From assembly GCA_030704615.1 (NCBI GenBank), contig CM060733.1, positions 63,798,001 through 63,862,000 on the forward strand: a DNA stretch of 64,000 bases, read 5' to 3'. Below the pieces are notes generated by a model. The model was not told the origin of the DNA. It saw only the letters and a program-made list of their open reading frames with translations, and did not search any database. This DNA is from Takakia lepidozioides. Lineage: Eukaryota > Plantae > Bryophyta. The position numbers and the translations under genes were made by a program. Numbering within the stretch: the first letter of the stretch is position 1; the number at the start of each line of letters is the position of its first letter. Below, piece by piece: positions 44,271 through 57,630 of this stretch.

Positions 44271-44496
44271 TCGCTGGGAATTGGCATGAGCGGAAGACGA
44301 AATATCATGAGCACAACTCTCAAAACTACAATTTTCCCTTCAAGGTGCCGAATAATATATTTGATTTTTCTGACACATTGCATTAAATTAATGTTTTATA
44401 ATGTTTTTTATTTTCGAAATTTGTACTTCTGCTCATGAAAACCGATTGTCTTGCTACTCCGCTCATGCCGCTCATGCTCATGAAATAGCTAACCTC

Positions 44497-45612
44497 GTTG
44501 TGGTGTGCTATGGCTTGAAACATTTCTAACAACTAGTGTGATCAAGTTATGATGGCCTCCTGAGCTCTGAATTTTCTTAAGGTTGTGGTCTTGTTGTTCA
44601 AGTTTCCAAACGTTCCAATACTCAGATGGGCCTATCTCCTTGCCAATTGCTCCAGTTGTGGTGTGCTATGGCTTGAAACATTTCTAACAACTAGTGTGAT
44701 CAAGTTATGGTGGCCTCTTGAGCTCTGAATTTTCTTAAGGTGTTGTGGTCTGGCCCCCAACAGATCTGCACTTGTTGTTCAAGTTTCTGGACGTTCAGGT
44801 ACTCAGATGGGCTTATCTCCTTGCCGGTTGCTCCAATTGTGGTGTGCTATGGCTTGAAACATTTCTAACAACTAGTGTGATCAAGTTATGATGGCTTCCT
44901 GAGCTCTTAATGTTCTTAGGGGTTTTGGTCTGGCCCCCAATAGATCTGCACTTGTAGTTCAAGTTTCCGGACGTTTAGGTACTCAGATGGGCCTATCTCA
45001 CGCCTATCTCCTTGCCAATTGCTCCAATTGTGGTGTACTATGGCTTGAAACATTTCTAACAACTAGTGTGATCAAGTTATGGTGGCCTCATGAGCTTTGA
45101 ATTTTCTTAAGGGGTTGTTGTCTGGCCCCCAACAGATCTACACTTGTAGTTCAAATTTCCGGACGTTCAACTATTCAGATAGGCCTATGTCCTTGCCAAT
45201 TGCTCCAATTGTAGTGTGCTATGGCTTGAAACATTTCTAACAACTAGTGTGATCAAGTTATTTGGCCTCCTGAGCTCTAAATTTTCTTAAGGGGTTGTGG
45301 TCTGGCCCACAACAGATCTGCACTTGTAGTTCAAGTTTCCGGACTTTCAACTATTCATATGGGCTTATCTCCTTGCCAATTGCTCCAATTGTGGTGTGCT
45401 ATGGCTTGGAGAATTTCTCACAACTAGTGTGATCAAATATTATGGCCTCTAGAGATTTGAGGGGTTGTGGTCTGGCCCCCAACAGATCTGCACTTGTTGT
45501 TCAAGTTTCCGGACGTCCAGGTACTCAAATGGGCCTAGATGTTCTTGCCAATTGCTCCAATTGTGGTATGCTATGGCTTGACACATTTCTAACAACTAGT
45601 GTGATCAAGTTA
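44497..45612. repeat. ~180-bp tandem repeat, right part (~6 units)
   Basis: Same monomer as 30770-31504. CTAACAACTAGTGTGATCAAG recurs about every 160-190 bp. Confidence 0.92.
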
Positions 45613-46452
45613 TATCATTGCCGTGTTATACCTGAAGGATTGTGGCGGGTTGAGGTGAATGATATCTATATTGCCAATTGTGTCTTGCCTCACCCTAACG
45701 TGGAAGAGGTCCCACCGCAAACAATGTTGGAGGATGTTGTCGGTCTGAATTGTCTTTGGCCAGAGAAGAACATGAAGAGAGCTTAGAATTTTGTTTGCCC
45801 GGGCGTAGACATTGCTGGCAGTGAGAAGAAGGCAGGAAAGCAGTTCGGTGTTCCTAGCGTGCATGCGGAGACATCGTGTCGAAGTTAGGCTCAGACTTTT
45901 ATCATGGCTGGAATTTGTTGATAGTGTTCCAGCACTTATTCTCTGGGATTCTATTCTATTTTGTGGAGCTTGAATCCCAAATGGTATTTCTTTCACTACA
46001 CTAGTGGTATGTGTTCCTCTAGTCATGTTCCTAATCACTTGCACATCACTGTAATAGTGGTATAATATAAAACTGTGGGAGTAGCCAAATGCACACAATT
46101 GCCTCCATTACCACTCCTATAGTGGTATAAATAATCATCTATATATTATTGTGTTAGTGGTATGAATTCCTCCAGTGGTATTCCAAATCACTTACACACC
46201 ACTCTGTTAGTAATAATTCCAATCCATAGTTCCCACTTAGAGAGACACCACGGATGACTCAAACAGCTTACATACCACTCTGTGGGTAATCATTCCAATG
46301 ACCTGCTGAGAGACGTCATCCACTCACATAACCACGCTATGAGTGATATTGTATATTCTCAGTTTTCATAGAACGACTCTGTAAGTCATTTCGTGATCAC
46401 TGAACAAGTGGTTTTGGAAGTCATTGAATTTTTCACTCCATCCATTTCGTAG
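45613..46452 (+). mobile_element. CACTA (En/Spm) 3'-end remnant
   Basis: 'HCRVIPEGLWRVEVNDIYIANCVLPHPNVEEVPPQTMLEDVVGLNCLWP' resembles the En/Spm accessory-protein C-terminal domain. AGTGGTA/TACCACT subterminal repeats. Ends TTTCGTAG (rc of CACTACGAAA lacking 2 nt). Confidence 0.7.
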
Positions 46453-46538
46453 CACCGACACAGGACACGTGTCCATGCTGAGAGTGTCGCCACGTGTCGA
46501 CATAATCTCCAATATCATCCACGGACCACCGGCTTACA

Positions 46539-49500
46539 TGTCGCGCACCTCACTTCGGTAAGCTCCCCTTCACGTCATAGTTACTCGCAATGATGCGCAC
46601 GCCTAACTCCCAAACTGGCCGCCGGGCCAACTCGGAGCTTCGGCTGCTCACCGGGACATAACGGTCCCCTTTTGCTCCTCCACAAGACCCTCGCTCACTT
46701 TGGTCCTAGTGCAAATTCCCTTTGGTTGTTGGCAGTCCGGAACAGCTCCCCACACCTTGGTCACTTTCCGACTCGCATCATGTTTACTCACTAGTTTTTG
46801 GTTACCAACGGGCTTGCACCGCTCTCGGGGTTACTACTCCCTATATATACTTCTGTGATTGTCCGCGGGGGTTTCGCAAACAACACAGTCATTTTATGGC
46901 GAACCATCACGAAGACCCTTGACTCCCGGTGATGAGTCGCGGTGAGTCTTGGCCCACCCACCATGGCCCCAATGGACAGTGATGAGTCCCAAGACTCCCA
47001 CGACTCCCACCACAAGGTCTCCGCCCCATGGTGAGTCCTATGCCACCCCCACTAAGACCCACTAAGCTACCACCACCCCTCGTGGAACCACCCCCACCGC
47101 AACCCGGTGTGCGGGGCTCCACCTAGTGAGCGCCTTCGCCTCCTTGAGTGCCTTGGGCACTCAAGGGTGCTTCAGCCCCCGTACCTATTGTTGCCACTGC
47201 CCCCACCACAGGGGCAGCCCCTCCTGTGTCCCGACCCCCTGCCCTCAAGGCAAAGGGCCGCGACACACACCCCTACCAACAGGGAGTCGATGTCTTCATC
47301 AACTTGTCTATTTTGTAGAAACGAACATCCAAGTTGTGGCGTCCCACATCAAGGAGTTTGTTTCCGTACCATGGCGTCCCATGGCAAAGAACCAAACCCC
47401 CACTTGACTCTACTCTCCACTAGCTAGTTCGGCCGACTTCCTCTAAGTCCCGGCCAAGGGTGGAGCCTCTCAAGCTCCACCTAGTGCACTCTTCTTGGCC
47501 CACTTCAAGGCCAAGGAACGGTCCTCCCCAAGGATCGAATCGCCTTACTGCAACAACATTGTTTGCGACCGCTCATGATGCCGCTTTTGGCATCACCTTG
47601 AGCAAGGGTTCACCTTGAACCTTTTTTGACTAGGAAGATAACCTTGAACCAACCGTGCGCCCCAATCACTACAATTGGGTCCGCCTTGGAATGCTGGCCT
47701 GAGGTACGAGAACACGCCGAAGCCACACTACGACTTCGTCCCGAGGTTACTCGATTATAGTACGTGAACGGAAGCACGTAGCTTCCGCGTTAGCCCGCAC
47801 TACAAGACAACCCCCTCGGTAGCGTAGTTATAGTACGCGCACGAGCCTGGTGCGCACTAGCACGTGAACTCCCAAAGAAGGCGCAAGTTTCCTTGCCCCT
47901 TGGATGGGAGTCACCCGATTTCGACACTACGCAAACACACAATTAATCCAATTTACCTCTCCCACTTTTGTAAGCTAGCATGCATTCTACACACTAGCCA
48001 ACCATACCATGCATCACCATTCCAAACAGAATATGAAGCACAACATTTGGAAACCATTTCATTTATAAACAAAATTTGTACAACACAAGTTTTTGCAATC
48101 GGATTCCTGAGCTAGCTAAGCCGGACTAAGCATGTATTTCCTCCCCCACGATCCAAGGTTGATGTCCCCATCAATGCTTCTTCCGCTTCTAAGGTCGCCC
48201 TTCGAAAGCTGCAACCGCCTCGGATGCGTTTCCCATTTCTGAGGCACGCACCCAAGTTGTCTCCACTTGATGATAGCTCTTCTATTTCACGAGATACTCC
48301 GTTTCTCGATTCGTGAGCCTCCTTGACTTAAGCACTGCCTTCACCTCGTACTCAGGTTCATTTTCATGATCCAACAGCACAGGTGGCGGACGCAACACTT
48401 GATGCCGATTCGGACGCGCTTCATCTTTGAAGTAAGGCTTCAAAAGGGAAATGTGGAATACCGGATGCACCTTGCTGTTTGCCGGCACCTCCAATTCATA
48501 CATATCCTCATTCATAACCTTCCGGATGCAAAAGGGCCCCGCATACGGAGGTACGAACTTTGGACTCACTTCCGGAGGTAGTCGAAAATTCTTGATGTTC
48601 AACCAGACCTCCGTGCCTACCTCAAACTTATCTTCCCTTTGCTTCCGATTCGCTTGCCGTTCGCACCGTTTCCTAGCTTTGGTAATGTTGTATTTTGCGA
48701 GCTCCAACAAACGCTCGCGTTCTTCCAGCACCGCTGCTGTTGCCGGTTCCACAACGTCCTGGGCGGCCCAACTTGTCGGCACCAGAGGTGCTTTTCCATA
48801 GACCAATACGAAAGGGGAAACTCCCGTTGCGGAGTGTTTTGTGTTATTATAACAGAAGTGTGCCACATCCAAGTGCTCCACCCAGTCCGACTGGTCTATC
48901 GACACATAATTCCGCAAGATCTGCTTCACCACGGAATTCACTCTTTTTGTTTGGCTGTCCGTTGTAGGTCGGAAGGCCGTGCTCATCTTGAGCCTCGTCC
49001 CCATCTTCTTCCAAAGTGCCCTCCAAAATTTACTTGTAAACTTTGGATCGCGGTCCGAGACAATATCCTTCGAGAGTCCATGATGCAAAACGTGGGTGAA
49101 GTAAAGTCGCCCCGTCTCCTGCACTGTTGCCGTCTCCTTGGTGGGAATGAAATGGCCCATTTTACTGAACCTATCCACCACCACCATATTGCATCGAATC
49201 CTTTTGACAGCGGCAAAGCAGTCATGAAATCCATCGAGACACTTTCCCAAGACCCCTCTGGAATCGGCAAGGATTGTAATAGCCCCGCTTGCTTTTTGTA
49301 CTCACTCCGGTTTTGTTGGCATGTGGTGCATGTCTTGACATACTCCTCGGCCTCCTCCCTCAGTTTGGGCGAGAAATACTCTTTCTTCAAGAGTGCCGCT
49401 GTGCGCTTGGTTCCGCCGTGGCCCGCAAGCGGGCCATCATGGCATTCTCTCAAGAGACTATCTCTGATCCCTCCCTTCGGCACGTAGAGACGCTTTTGCT

Positions 49501-52500
49501 TGTACCGGAGCAGTCCATTGTGCAAGTGGAACTGCGATTTAACCCCCAACCTCAAGTCCTGGAGGAGGCAGACGCTTTAGGAAGTGCAGGGTTTCGACTG
49601 GTGGAGAGGACAGACGTTCCACGAAATCCAATTCCCCGCATCACGGACTTCGCCATCTCATCCTTCCGGTAAGCCTTCCGGATCTTCTTTTGGAGCGTCG
49701 TCTTGCCCCTGTACACCAAAATGAGCTGTTGTTTTCTGCTTAAAGCATCGGCCACCACATTGGCCCGTCCCGGTTTGTACCGGATATCCACGTCGAACGC
49801 TGCCAAAGTGTCTTGCCACCTAAGTTGTTTTGGGGACAACTTAGGCTGTGTGGCAAAATACTTCACCGTGACATTGTCCGTGAACACCTTCACCGGGTTG
49901 GAACCAACATAGTGGCGCCAAAACTCAAGGCAATGCACCACCGCCTTCATTTTTTTCTCGTGCGTAGGCCACCGTCGCTCCACTTCATTCAGTTTCTTAC
50001 TTTCGTAAGCCACTGGACGTCCATCCTGCATGAGTACACCCCCAATTGCGAAGTCCGACGCATCTGTATGGATCTCAAATGGACGGTCGAACTCCGGGAT
50101 TTTCAGGACTGGAGCTTCTGCCATCCGCTGCTTCAACTTGGAAAAAGCTTGGCCACAAAAGGTGTTCCATACCCATACCTTGGACTTACACAGCAGGTCT
50201 GACAGCGGCCCCGCGATCTTGGCAAAATTTCTCACATACCGATCGAAGGGGTCGTCGATCATTGGCAAAGGGTACCGATTTTTTATAGTCACCTTATTCA
50301 AAGCCCTGTAATCGACACACATCCGCAGCGTCCCATCCTTCTTGTCTGCGAATAGCACCGGGGCTCCGTAAGGTGACTTACTCGGCCGGATGTACCCATT
50401 TGACATTAGATCCTTGAGCTGGGCCTTCAGCTCGACCAACTCTCTGTGGCTCAACCGGTAGGACGCCTTGGCAGGCGGCTCCGATCCCGGTATCACCTCT
50501 ATCTTGTGGTCAACTCCTCTTCGCAGTGGCAAGCCGCTTGGTAAATCCTCTGGCATCACATCCTGGTATTTCTCCAGGATCCCCTTGATCCAATCTGGGC
50601 TAGGCTCCCTATCGACTTCTCCTTCCACTTGTCTTAAGTAAAGCAAAAACTGGGGCTCGTGTGGCTCCTCCACTGCCCACTCATTTGCTGTCAGCAAGTT
50701 TATTCGCCCTCCCACTCGGTTGGGCGTTTCCGACACCCGTAAAACTTTGCCACCATTCCCACATGGTAGCGTGACTATTCTCTTGCGGCCATCTATGACC
50801 GCTCCGGATTTGCTCAGAAAGGTCATCCCCAAAATGAGATCCACTCCACCGATCTCGCAAATGGTGAAGTTCTCACGTCCTTCCCAACTCCCGAGCTGAA
50901 GAGGGACATCGAACGCCAACCTCGTCGCCAGTTGTGGTTTTCCTTTGGCAGAACGCACTTCAATAGAGGCCCCCACATCACTTGTCGGGAGCCCCAACTT
51001 CCGTGCCGTTGCCGGTGTCATGAAGGAGTGCGACGCTCTTGTGTCCACCAACAACGACACGTTAGTTCCGGAAATTATCCCAGTCAGGAACATTAACTGA
51101 CTCCATTTACGCAAGGGGCCAGTCTCCTGATACAACTCACAAGAGTAGTTGCCTACCTTGCAAGTCTTGGCGACTACCGCCTCCACCAAGCGGTTGATGG
51201 AATCTTCGGACAGCTTCGTGGTCGCCCGAATCATGTTCAATTGTCAGGGTTTCGCGCACTTCTTGGCCATGTGCCCGGGCTCCCCACAATTAAAGCACAC
51301 TCCATCAAAGGTCGCCTTCTGTCCACCATAAGCCGCCGCACCTGATTTTCCTTTCGGAGCACCGAGTGCCGCTTTGACGTGTGAAGGCCCTCCCTTCGAT
51401 TTCCATGTGCCATTGTCGCCGAGTGGCCTATCCCACTTCTTTTCCGGTCAGAAGGAGTCACCCTCCCGCCGGGCCTTCTTGTGGTTCAGCTCCGCATGGC
51501 CTTGTCTTTCACCCCTAGGGACATCCGAGAAACATTCAGCCCTTTCAATTGCCTCGTTCAAAGTCTTAGGTGGCTTCTCCTCCAACTTCCACCTGACCCA
51601 TGGGCCAGTCCCGCCACAAAGTTGAAGACCATTTGTGGTTCCGCCATATCTGCGATTTTGAACAACAGCACATTGAAAGCCTGAACATATCCCCGAATGT
51701 CATCCGTTTGCTTCAAATTCCTCATCTTGTCCCGGGCGAGTCAAGATGCGTTGAGGGGCACAAACTGTCTTTTCATAAGTTCCTTGAACCCACTCCAGCT
51801 CAAGGTTTTTGGGTTTGGACCTTGGTCATGAAGGCGTTTCTGCCACCATTGTTGAGCATAGCCCCTCAAATAGGTGGGAGCCACTTCCACCCGATCCTCG
51901 TCACTCAACTTGGCCGCCCGGAAGTACTGCTCCAGCTCCAAGAGCCAGGTGATGAGTGCCTTCCGATTTCGGACGCCCTCAAAAGTGTCGGGTTCCTTAG
52001 GCTTCACCTTAAACTTTGCCTTAGTGGAAGTGGCATTAGCCACCCTCATCACGTCTTTCAACGTCCCGCCAAACTGCGCCAACAACCCTTCCCAAAAGGC
52101 TGCTGGCATGGGATGCATCTGTTGGTCTGGCGGAGCCTCTGGTAAGTCCTCGGGCTCCGACTCCCCAAATTCTTCCCGTTCTTGAGCGGCCTCGCTTTCA
52201 GAAGCATAAATCGCCTCTTCCAATTGCCGCTTTGGTGACACGTCGCCCCCACTGGGCTCACCAGGATCATCATCTTTCGGGCCGTTCCGCTTTCGCTTTG
52301 TCTTGCCCGACCCTATATTGAGGCCGATCTCAAGGACGATCGCATACTGAACTCTAGGCTCTGATATTAAGTATCGCGCACCTCACTTCGGTAAGCTCCC
52401 CTTCACGTCATAGTTACTCGCGTTGATGCGCGCGCCTAACTCCCAAACTGGCCGCCGGGCCAACTCAGAGCTTCGGCTGCTCACCGGGACATAACGGTCC

Positions 52501-53035
52501 CCTTTTGCTCCTCCACAAGATCCTCGCTCACTTTGGGCCTAGTGGAAATTCCTTTTGGTTGTTGGCAGTCCGGAATAGCTCCCCACACCTTGGTCGCTTT
52601 TCGGCTCGCATGCTTACTCACTAGTTTTTGGTTACCAACGGGCTTGCACCGTTCTCGGGGTTACTACTCCCTATATATACTTTTGTGACTGTCCGCAGGG
52701 GTTTCACAAACAACACCGTCCTTTTATGGCGAACCATCACGAAGACCCTGGACTCCAGTGATGAGTCGCGGTGAGTCTTGGCCCACCCACCACGGCCCCA
52801 ATGGACCGTGATGAGTCCCAAGACTCCCCACGACTCCCACCACAAGATCTCCGCCCCATGGTGAATCCTATGCCACCCCCACTAAGACCCACTAAGCTAC
52901 CACCACCCCTCGTGGAACCACCCCCACCGCAACCCGGTGTGTGGGGCTCCATCTAGTGAGCGCCTTCGCCTCCTTGAGTGCCTTGGGCACTCAAGGGTGC
53001 TTCAGCCCCCGTACCTATTGTTGCCACTGCCCCCT
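46539..53035 (-). mobile_element. Chromovirus copy 2 (same family as 1-3750): truncated 5' LTR 52372-53035, degenerate PBS, gag-pol, PPT, 3' LTR 46539-48136
   Basis: The LTRs match each other and 2146-3750. PBS TAATATCAGAGC. Gag 52241-51250 with CFNCGEPGHMAKKC. Protease LVDTRAS. RT core deleted (DPFDR|YVRNF). Integrase and chromodomain present. Confidence 0.95.
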
Positions 53036-53230
53036 TCACAGGGCAATTCGGCGCAGAACTATCTGGTAACCTGTTCTGTTTCACTTATGTGCCAGCCAAT
53101 TCATGTTGAATTTTGTATATAGGCCATAATACTCCGACTAGCCTGATATGTATGTTCACTGAAGCGCACCAGATGATGTGCTTTGTCTCTCAACCTTTCC
53201 TCATTTTTAACGCAACTCTGTGTCCGCAGG

Positions 53231-54352
53231 GAATGAGTCTACATGAGGACATCGAAATGCCAACGACAAACATGTCGGAGGCTGTTCACTCAAGCTGGAG
53301 AATTACAACCAGGAACGGTTATTCTGACCGTTGGCGACGATATCGTCAAGGCGGTCTTACAGAATAGCGCTTACAAGAGTTTCCTCAGCGGGAGGACACG
53401 GGGTGCCGGTCCTTCCCGGACTTTCTACGGGCAGCTGACCGATCCAAAGATCCAGTCAAACTGGCGGAGGCAATGAAAACTTTTGTCCAGGGCACCCCGC
53501 TTCCTATTCGCCAGGATGGGTTGGAAGGGGAGAAGAGGACAAGGAAAGTGAAACAGTGCCTGAACGACAATGAGGTTGACCTAGCAGCCGAGGCAGAAAT
53601 GACGGCATGGCGATCTGATTTCAACCTCCGTATGACAGACGGCAGGGGACCTAGAATGCCTCCAGGGGCACCTGCAGGGGTACACAATGACGTCATTTCT
53701 CGTCCCCATCAGAATGGAAAAGCTGTCGTTGAGGTGCACCTTCCATCGGAGGGACTGTTCCACATTGCACGAACTGGACCCACTGCTTGGTGCCAATGCC
53801 AGGCCATTCATCGTGACACAAAACTCCCTTGCAAGAAGGAGATCCGGAGGCCAGGTTCCAGATGTGGTTCTCCAGCACCATGTTTCCTTGGTAGATTTCA
53901 TCCCTCTGCACTTGTAAAACCGAAGGTTCTTGTCATCTGGTTCTGTGCATCCGATAGATTCCGGTGCGTGCATGGTAACACGCCGACCTCTGTGAAGGAC
54001 CGACCTGACCCACCGGTTGTGTGGCCAGTGAAACAGGGCATGGATCTGAACCAGGAAGAGGTGGATGAATTAACCAAGGTAGGTTTCCGCCTCGTCCAAA
54101 GAGAGGAGCTGGCCAGTGTTCCAGACCTCAATGCCCGTGGGAGCAGTTCCGCGCGGAACTCCGCACCCTTGGAGAATGACATCTGCGGTGACAAGTATCC
54201 TACTAGCAGGCGGGGAAAACGGTACAAGCAGAAGAAGCCAACCACCAAGAACTATACCCGTATTGGAACAGCGCATTGTGGACCGGGTGCGAAGTTTTAA
54301 GGATGTACCTGACGAGCCTCGTCGCGCGCCCAACCCCGGGGGGAAAATGCGA
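53231..54352 (+). pseudogene. Diverged MULE transposase fragment (copy 4, middle part)
   Basis: After an AG acceptor: 'EMPTTNMSEAVHSSW', 'CQAIHRDTKLPC', 'WFC', 'PPVVWPVKQGMDLNQEEVDELTKVGFRLV', paralleling the 42293-43300 protein. Confidence 0.85.
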
Positions 54353-57300
54353 TGTCGATCCGGGGCCTAGAGTCCAGCGACGAGGTGGGTTGGGCTCAAG
54401 AACCACCCACCCGTGAGATGTTTGCTAAGCTTGGCGGAGGGTCAGCGGTCGATGGAGGGAATTCCTCCCACTATCCTAAACTACCAGCAAACGTAGGTTC
54501 CAACTCCTACGCTCGCGGGGCAAAATTCGTTCGTGTCTTCTACGGAATCTACTCCTAGTTAATTGCTTTCCAAGACTTCTTTATTAGCATTCACACGGCT
54601 TCACCCCGGAGCTATCGGTGTCCCCGAAAGATCTTCGCCTAGAATGACTGCTACCGGAAGCGTTAAGGACAAGCCGCTTAGGTCTGGGTTGCTTCACCAA
54701 CACGCTTCTCCGGATCGAACGTGTGTGCAAAGGGGCCGCCTACGTTCCCGCTATCCAGAGGGGAGAGCATATCCTAGGCTAGCAAAAAAACAACTCTTCA
54801 CCTGGACAATATCTCACTTTCCTACTAGTTTTTAGGACTCCTGGCCATTTTCTAGCAATAGAATTCAATAGAGAATATGAGAAAAATACTATCCTAGGCA
54901 AGCTCTTGTACTTAGGAAATAGAAATAAGAATCCTAGATTTAATTACTTCTATCCCTATTTTCTGGTAATTTTCTAAGCAGAAAACCCCCTTCAAAATTA
55001 ATTACTTAGGCTGGAAATTCACTAATTCTAGAAAAATAGGCATTAGGTAGGAATTCATCTAAGCTTTCCAATGACCCATGGCTTGGCCTCTAGATAATTC
55101 TCTAACCCCCTCTCATTGCCCAAAAACCATTCTCATGATGTGGGGACCATAAGGAATTGGCCCTATAGGTCCAAACAACCCCCTATTCCCTTAATTCATA
55201 GCCCCCTAGCCTCTAGGTCCTAGGTTCAAATCCCACTAGAGCTAAAATGGCTTTTCAAGCAGCGGATGAAAAACTGTTTTTTCATCCATTGTTCATCCCT
55301 ACAAACGGATGAAAAACTGCATTCCTCATCCTGCCTTCATCCACCATCCATCCATCCTGTGGATGAAATATTGTTTATCTCATCTGCCCCTCATCCATCC
55401 ATGGCTAACCATCCACTATTCCCCTTTCCTAAAAAAACGCTTCTCACATATCAATAATATATTTTGGTGGGTCCACTGTTGGTTCTTCCACCTTCCTAAA
55501 GTGCATTTTAAGGCTGGGTGCAAACGGAAATGACTCCCTCTCCCACTCCAAACCCCCTTCTACCCCTCCCAAAAGCTTTGTACTTCTCGTCCGCTTTTCG
55601 TAAGCAAGGTGTCTCGGTGTGAGCCAAGCGGTCGATTCCCCATTTGATCACCTATGACATACCAAAACGAAGGCCTCGAAGACCTCCACCCTCCATTCTA
55701 ATTTCCGCCCCAACCGCTAAGGAGACGACATATCAAAACTCCCTCAATCGACCAAGACAAGAACCATTCAAAAAGTATTTTCCTGCCTAAGACCCCCCTT
55801 AAGCTATTATCCGTTGGTCCGTCCATCCCTTTTACCCGCTGGTCGCAGACCCGTGCAGGGCCACATGGCGAGGCGCAGTAGGGCGAGGCGACGGACCGCT
55901 GGTCGCGACCGCGCGGGTAAAGCGACGGACCGCTGGGTAAAGTCAGGAAGAACTTAAGTGGCAAGCACGGCCTACCCCCCTTGCATGGCTGCTGTCGAGC
56001 AGCTTGGGGGCTGGGGTGGTCAATGCCTCGAGGTACGCGGGGCCTGCAGCCTGCTTCAAATCAATAGCGAGCCCCTGGCTATTGCCATGGTATCCCCTTT
56101 ATGGCGCCTCATTTTTGGGAAACCCATCATGAATCCATGGCCTTTTTGCCTTCACCTAAAAAAAACAAGAAAATAAAACAAAGCTAACCCCAAAGGGACT
56201 AGCCTAACTTTCCCAAGGGTTAGCTGTGGTCCTCCATGACTTAACCAAGCTAGGGAGGCCATATTAGATCAGATTTTTGACCTGTAAATTAGTTATGCAT
56301 GAAAAATAAAATTCCAACGACAAAATATACTTTTAAAAAAACATCAAAACTTTGCTAGCTCTTCCACCTTGCTTCACTCACTTGCTTCAAATGAAATGAA
56401 ATAAAAACAAAAAGAAGGTTTTCCACCAAGCTTCATGCAAGCATCTACCCAAATGTTAGTGGGTTAGCTTCCCTCGCATGCTTAGTTAGCTTCACACATG
56501 AAAATAAGGCCTAGTGGCCAACAAAAGAGAACCCACACCCCACTTGGAGATCCCATTGCATGGTTAGCTCTCTAGGGTTAGATTTTCCACTCATAAGACA
56601 AAACAACAAAACATCAGACAAAAAAGACAACTCCTTGGGCCTCTTGGCCACTAAGGAGGGTTAATCTCCTTCTTTCCCAAGCTCTCACTACTCCTTTGTT
56701 AGTAGGACCAAGCTAGGGTTAGTACAAAGGTCTCCAACAACAATGGACAAACCAAAATACAAATGCAAACAAAAATGGACAAAGGGCTAAGAACTTTCTC
56801 TCCACTCAAAGTTGCTTCACTTGGCTAAGTGGGCTACCAAAACTAGATGGAAGGGGTAGTGATCACCTCTCGTATGGGGTTTGTTGCTCCTACCTCCTCT
56901 TCACACTCGAAGGGCTCACCACACTCTCAAACACACACACTTTGCTTTTTGGGGAAGTTTCTCTCATTCTCCAAGCTTGCCTAAAACAACTAGGCTAAGC
57001 TCTAAGCCAACAAGCAAACTAGGACTTCATAAAAGCTAGTTGCATAAGGCAAAGCAAGCTTCTCAAGCTAGCTCTCTAAGCAACTAACAAGCAAAAAAAC
57101 AAGAGTGAAGTGGTGAGCAAGCTCACCTCCTAATCTACTTATACTAGAATTTTTTTTAAAAAAAAATGATGACATCCAAAATCCTTAGATGGAAAAGGCT
57201 ATCAACCACTTTTTGGTTGATAGGTGGCACATTTCATTCAACCAGCTGGTTGGGGGTAGTGCTAGATATTTGTGGCCCGAAAATCCCATTTTTTGTGGCC

Positions 57301-57630
57301 ACGAGCGCCCGAAAATCTCAAAAATAGTGAATTAATGATAACTTCATCCAAAAATCTTGAAACTTGGCCACAAATGCCCTTGTGGTATTCTTGAAACACC
57401 CACAAACTTCAGGTCCATGTGGTTTCACCATCCACCATCAAAAATCAACAAGCGCCAAAACGCCGTGAAAACACTATTTTCGACGCGTAGCGTATTTTTG
57501 GGAACAGATCAATGCTTGGGGCTGAAATTCCTTCCACATCATCTTGTCTCACTTTTAACCACACATTAAAAATCCCTCCCCAAACAGCACTCGATTCCGG
57601 CTTCGTCCTGTTCGCTGAAGGTACTTAACA
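54353..57630. mobile_element. ~3.3-kb non-coding LTR-like insertion splitting MULE copy 4
   Basis: TGT...ACA ends and no credible ORF. It lies between the two transposase parts. TSD not confirmed. Confidence 0.4.

Larger units (their letters stand above)
31505..44496 (+). mobile_element. Full-length ~13-kb Mutator-like element (MULE copy 2) with a cargo gene
   Basis: 9-bp TSD GTTGTGGTG (31496-31504 and 44497-44505). Imperfect TIRs GGGGGCTGCTATTTCATGAGC / rc GAGGTTAGCTATTTCATGAGC. Encodes a DDE+SWIM transposase. The satellite unit is continuous across the insertion. Confidence 0.95.
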
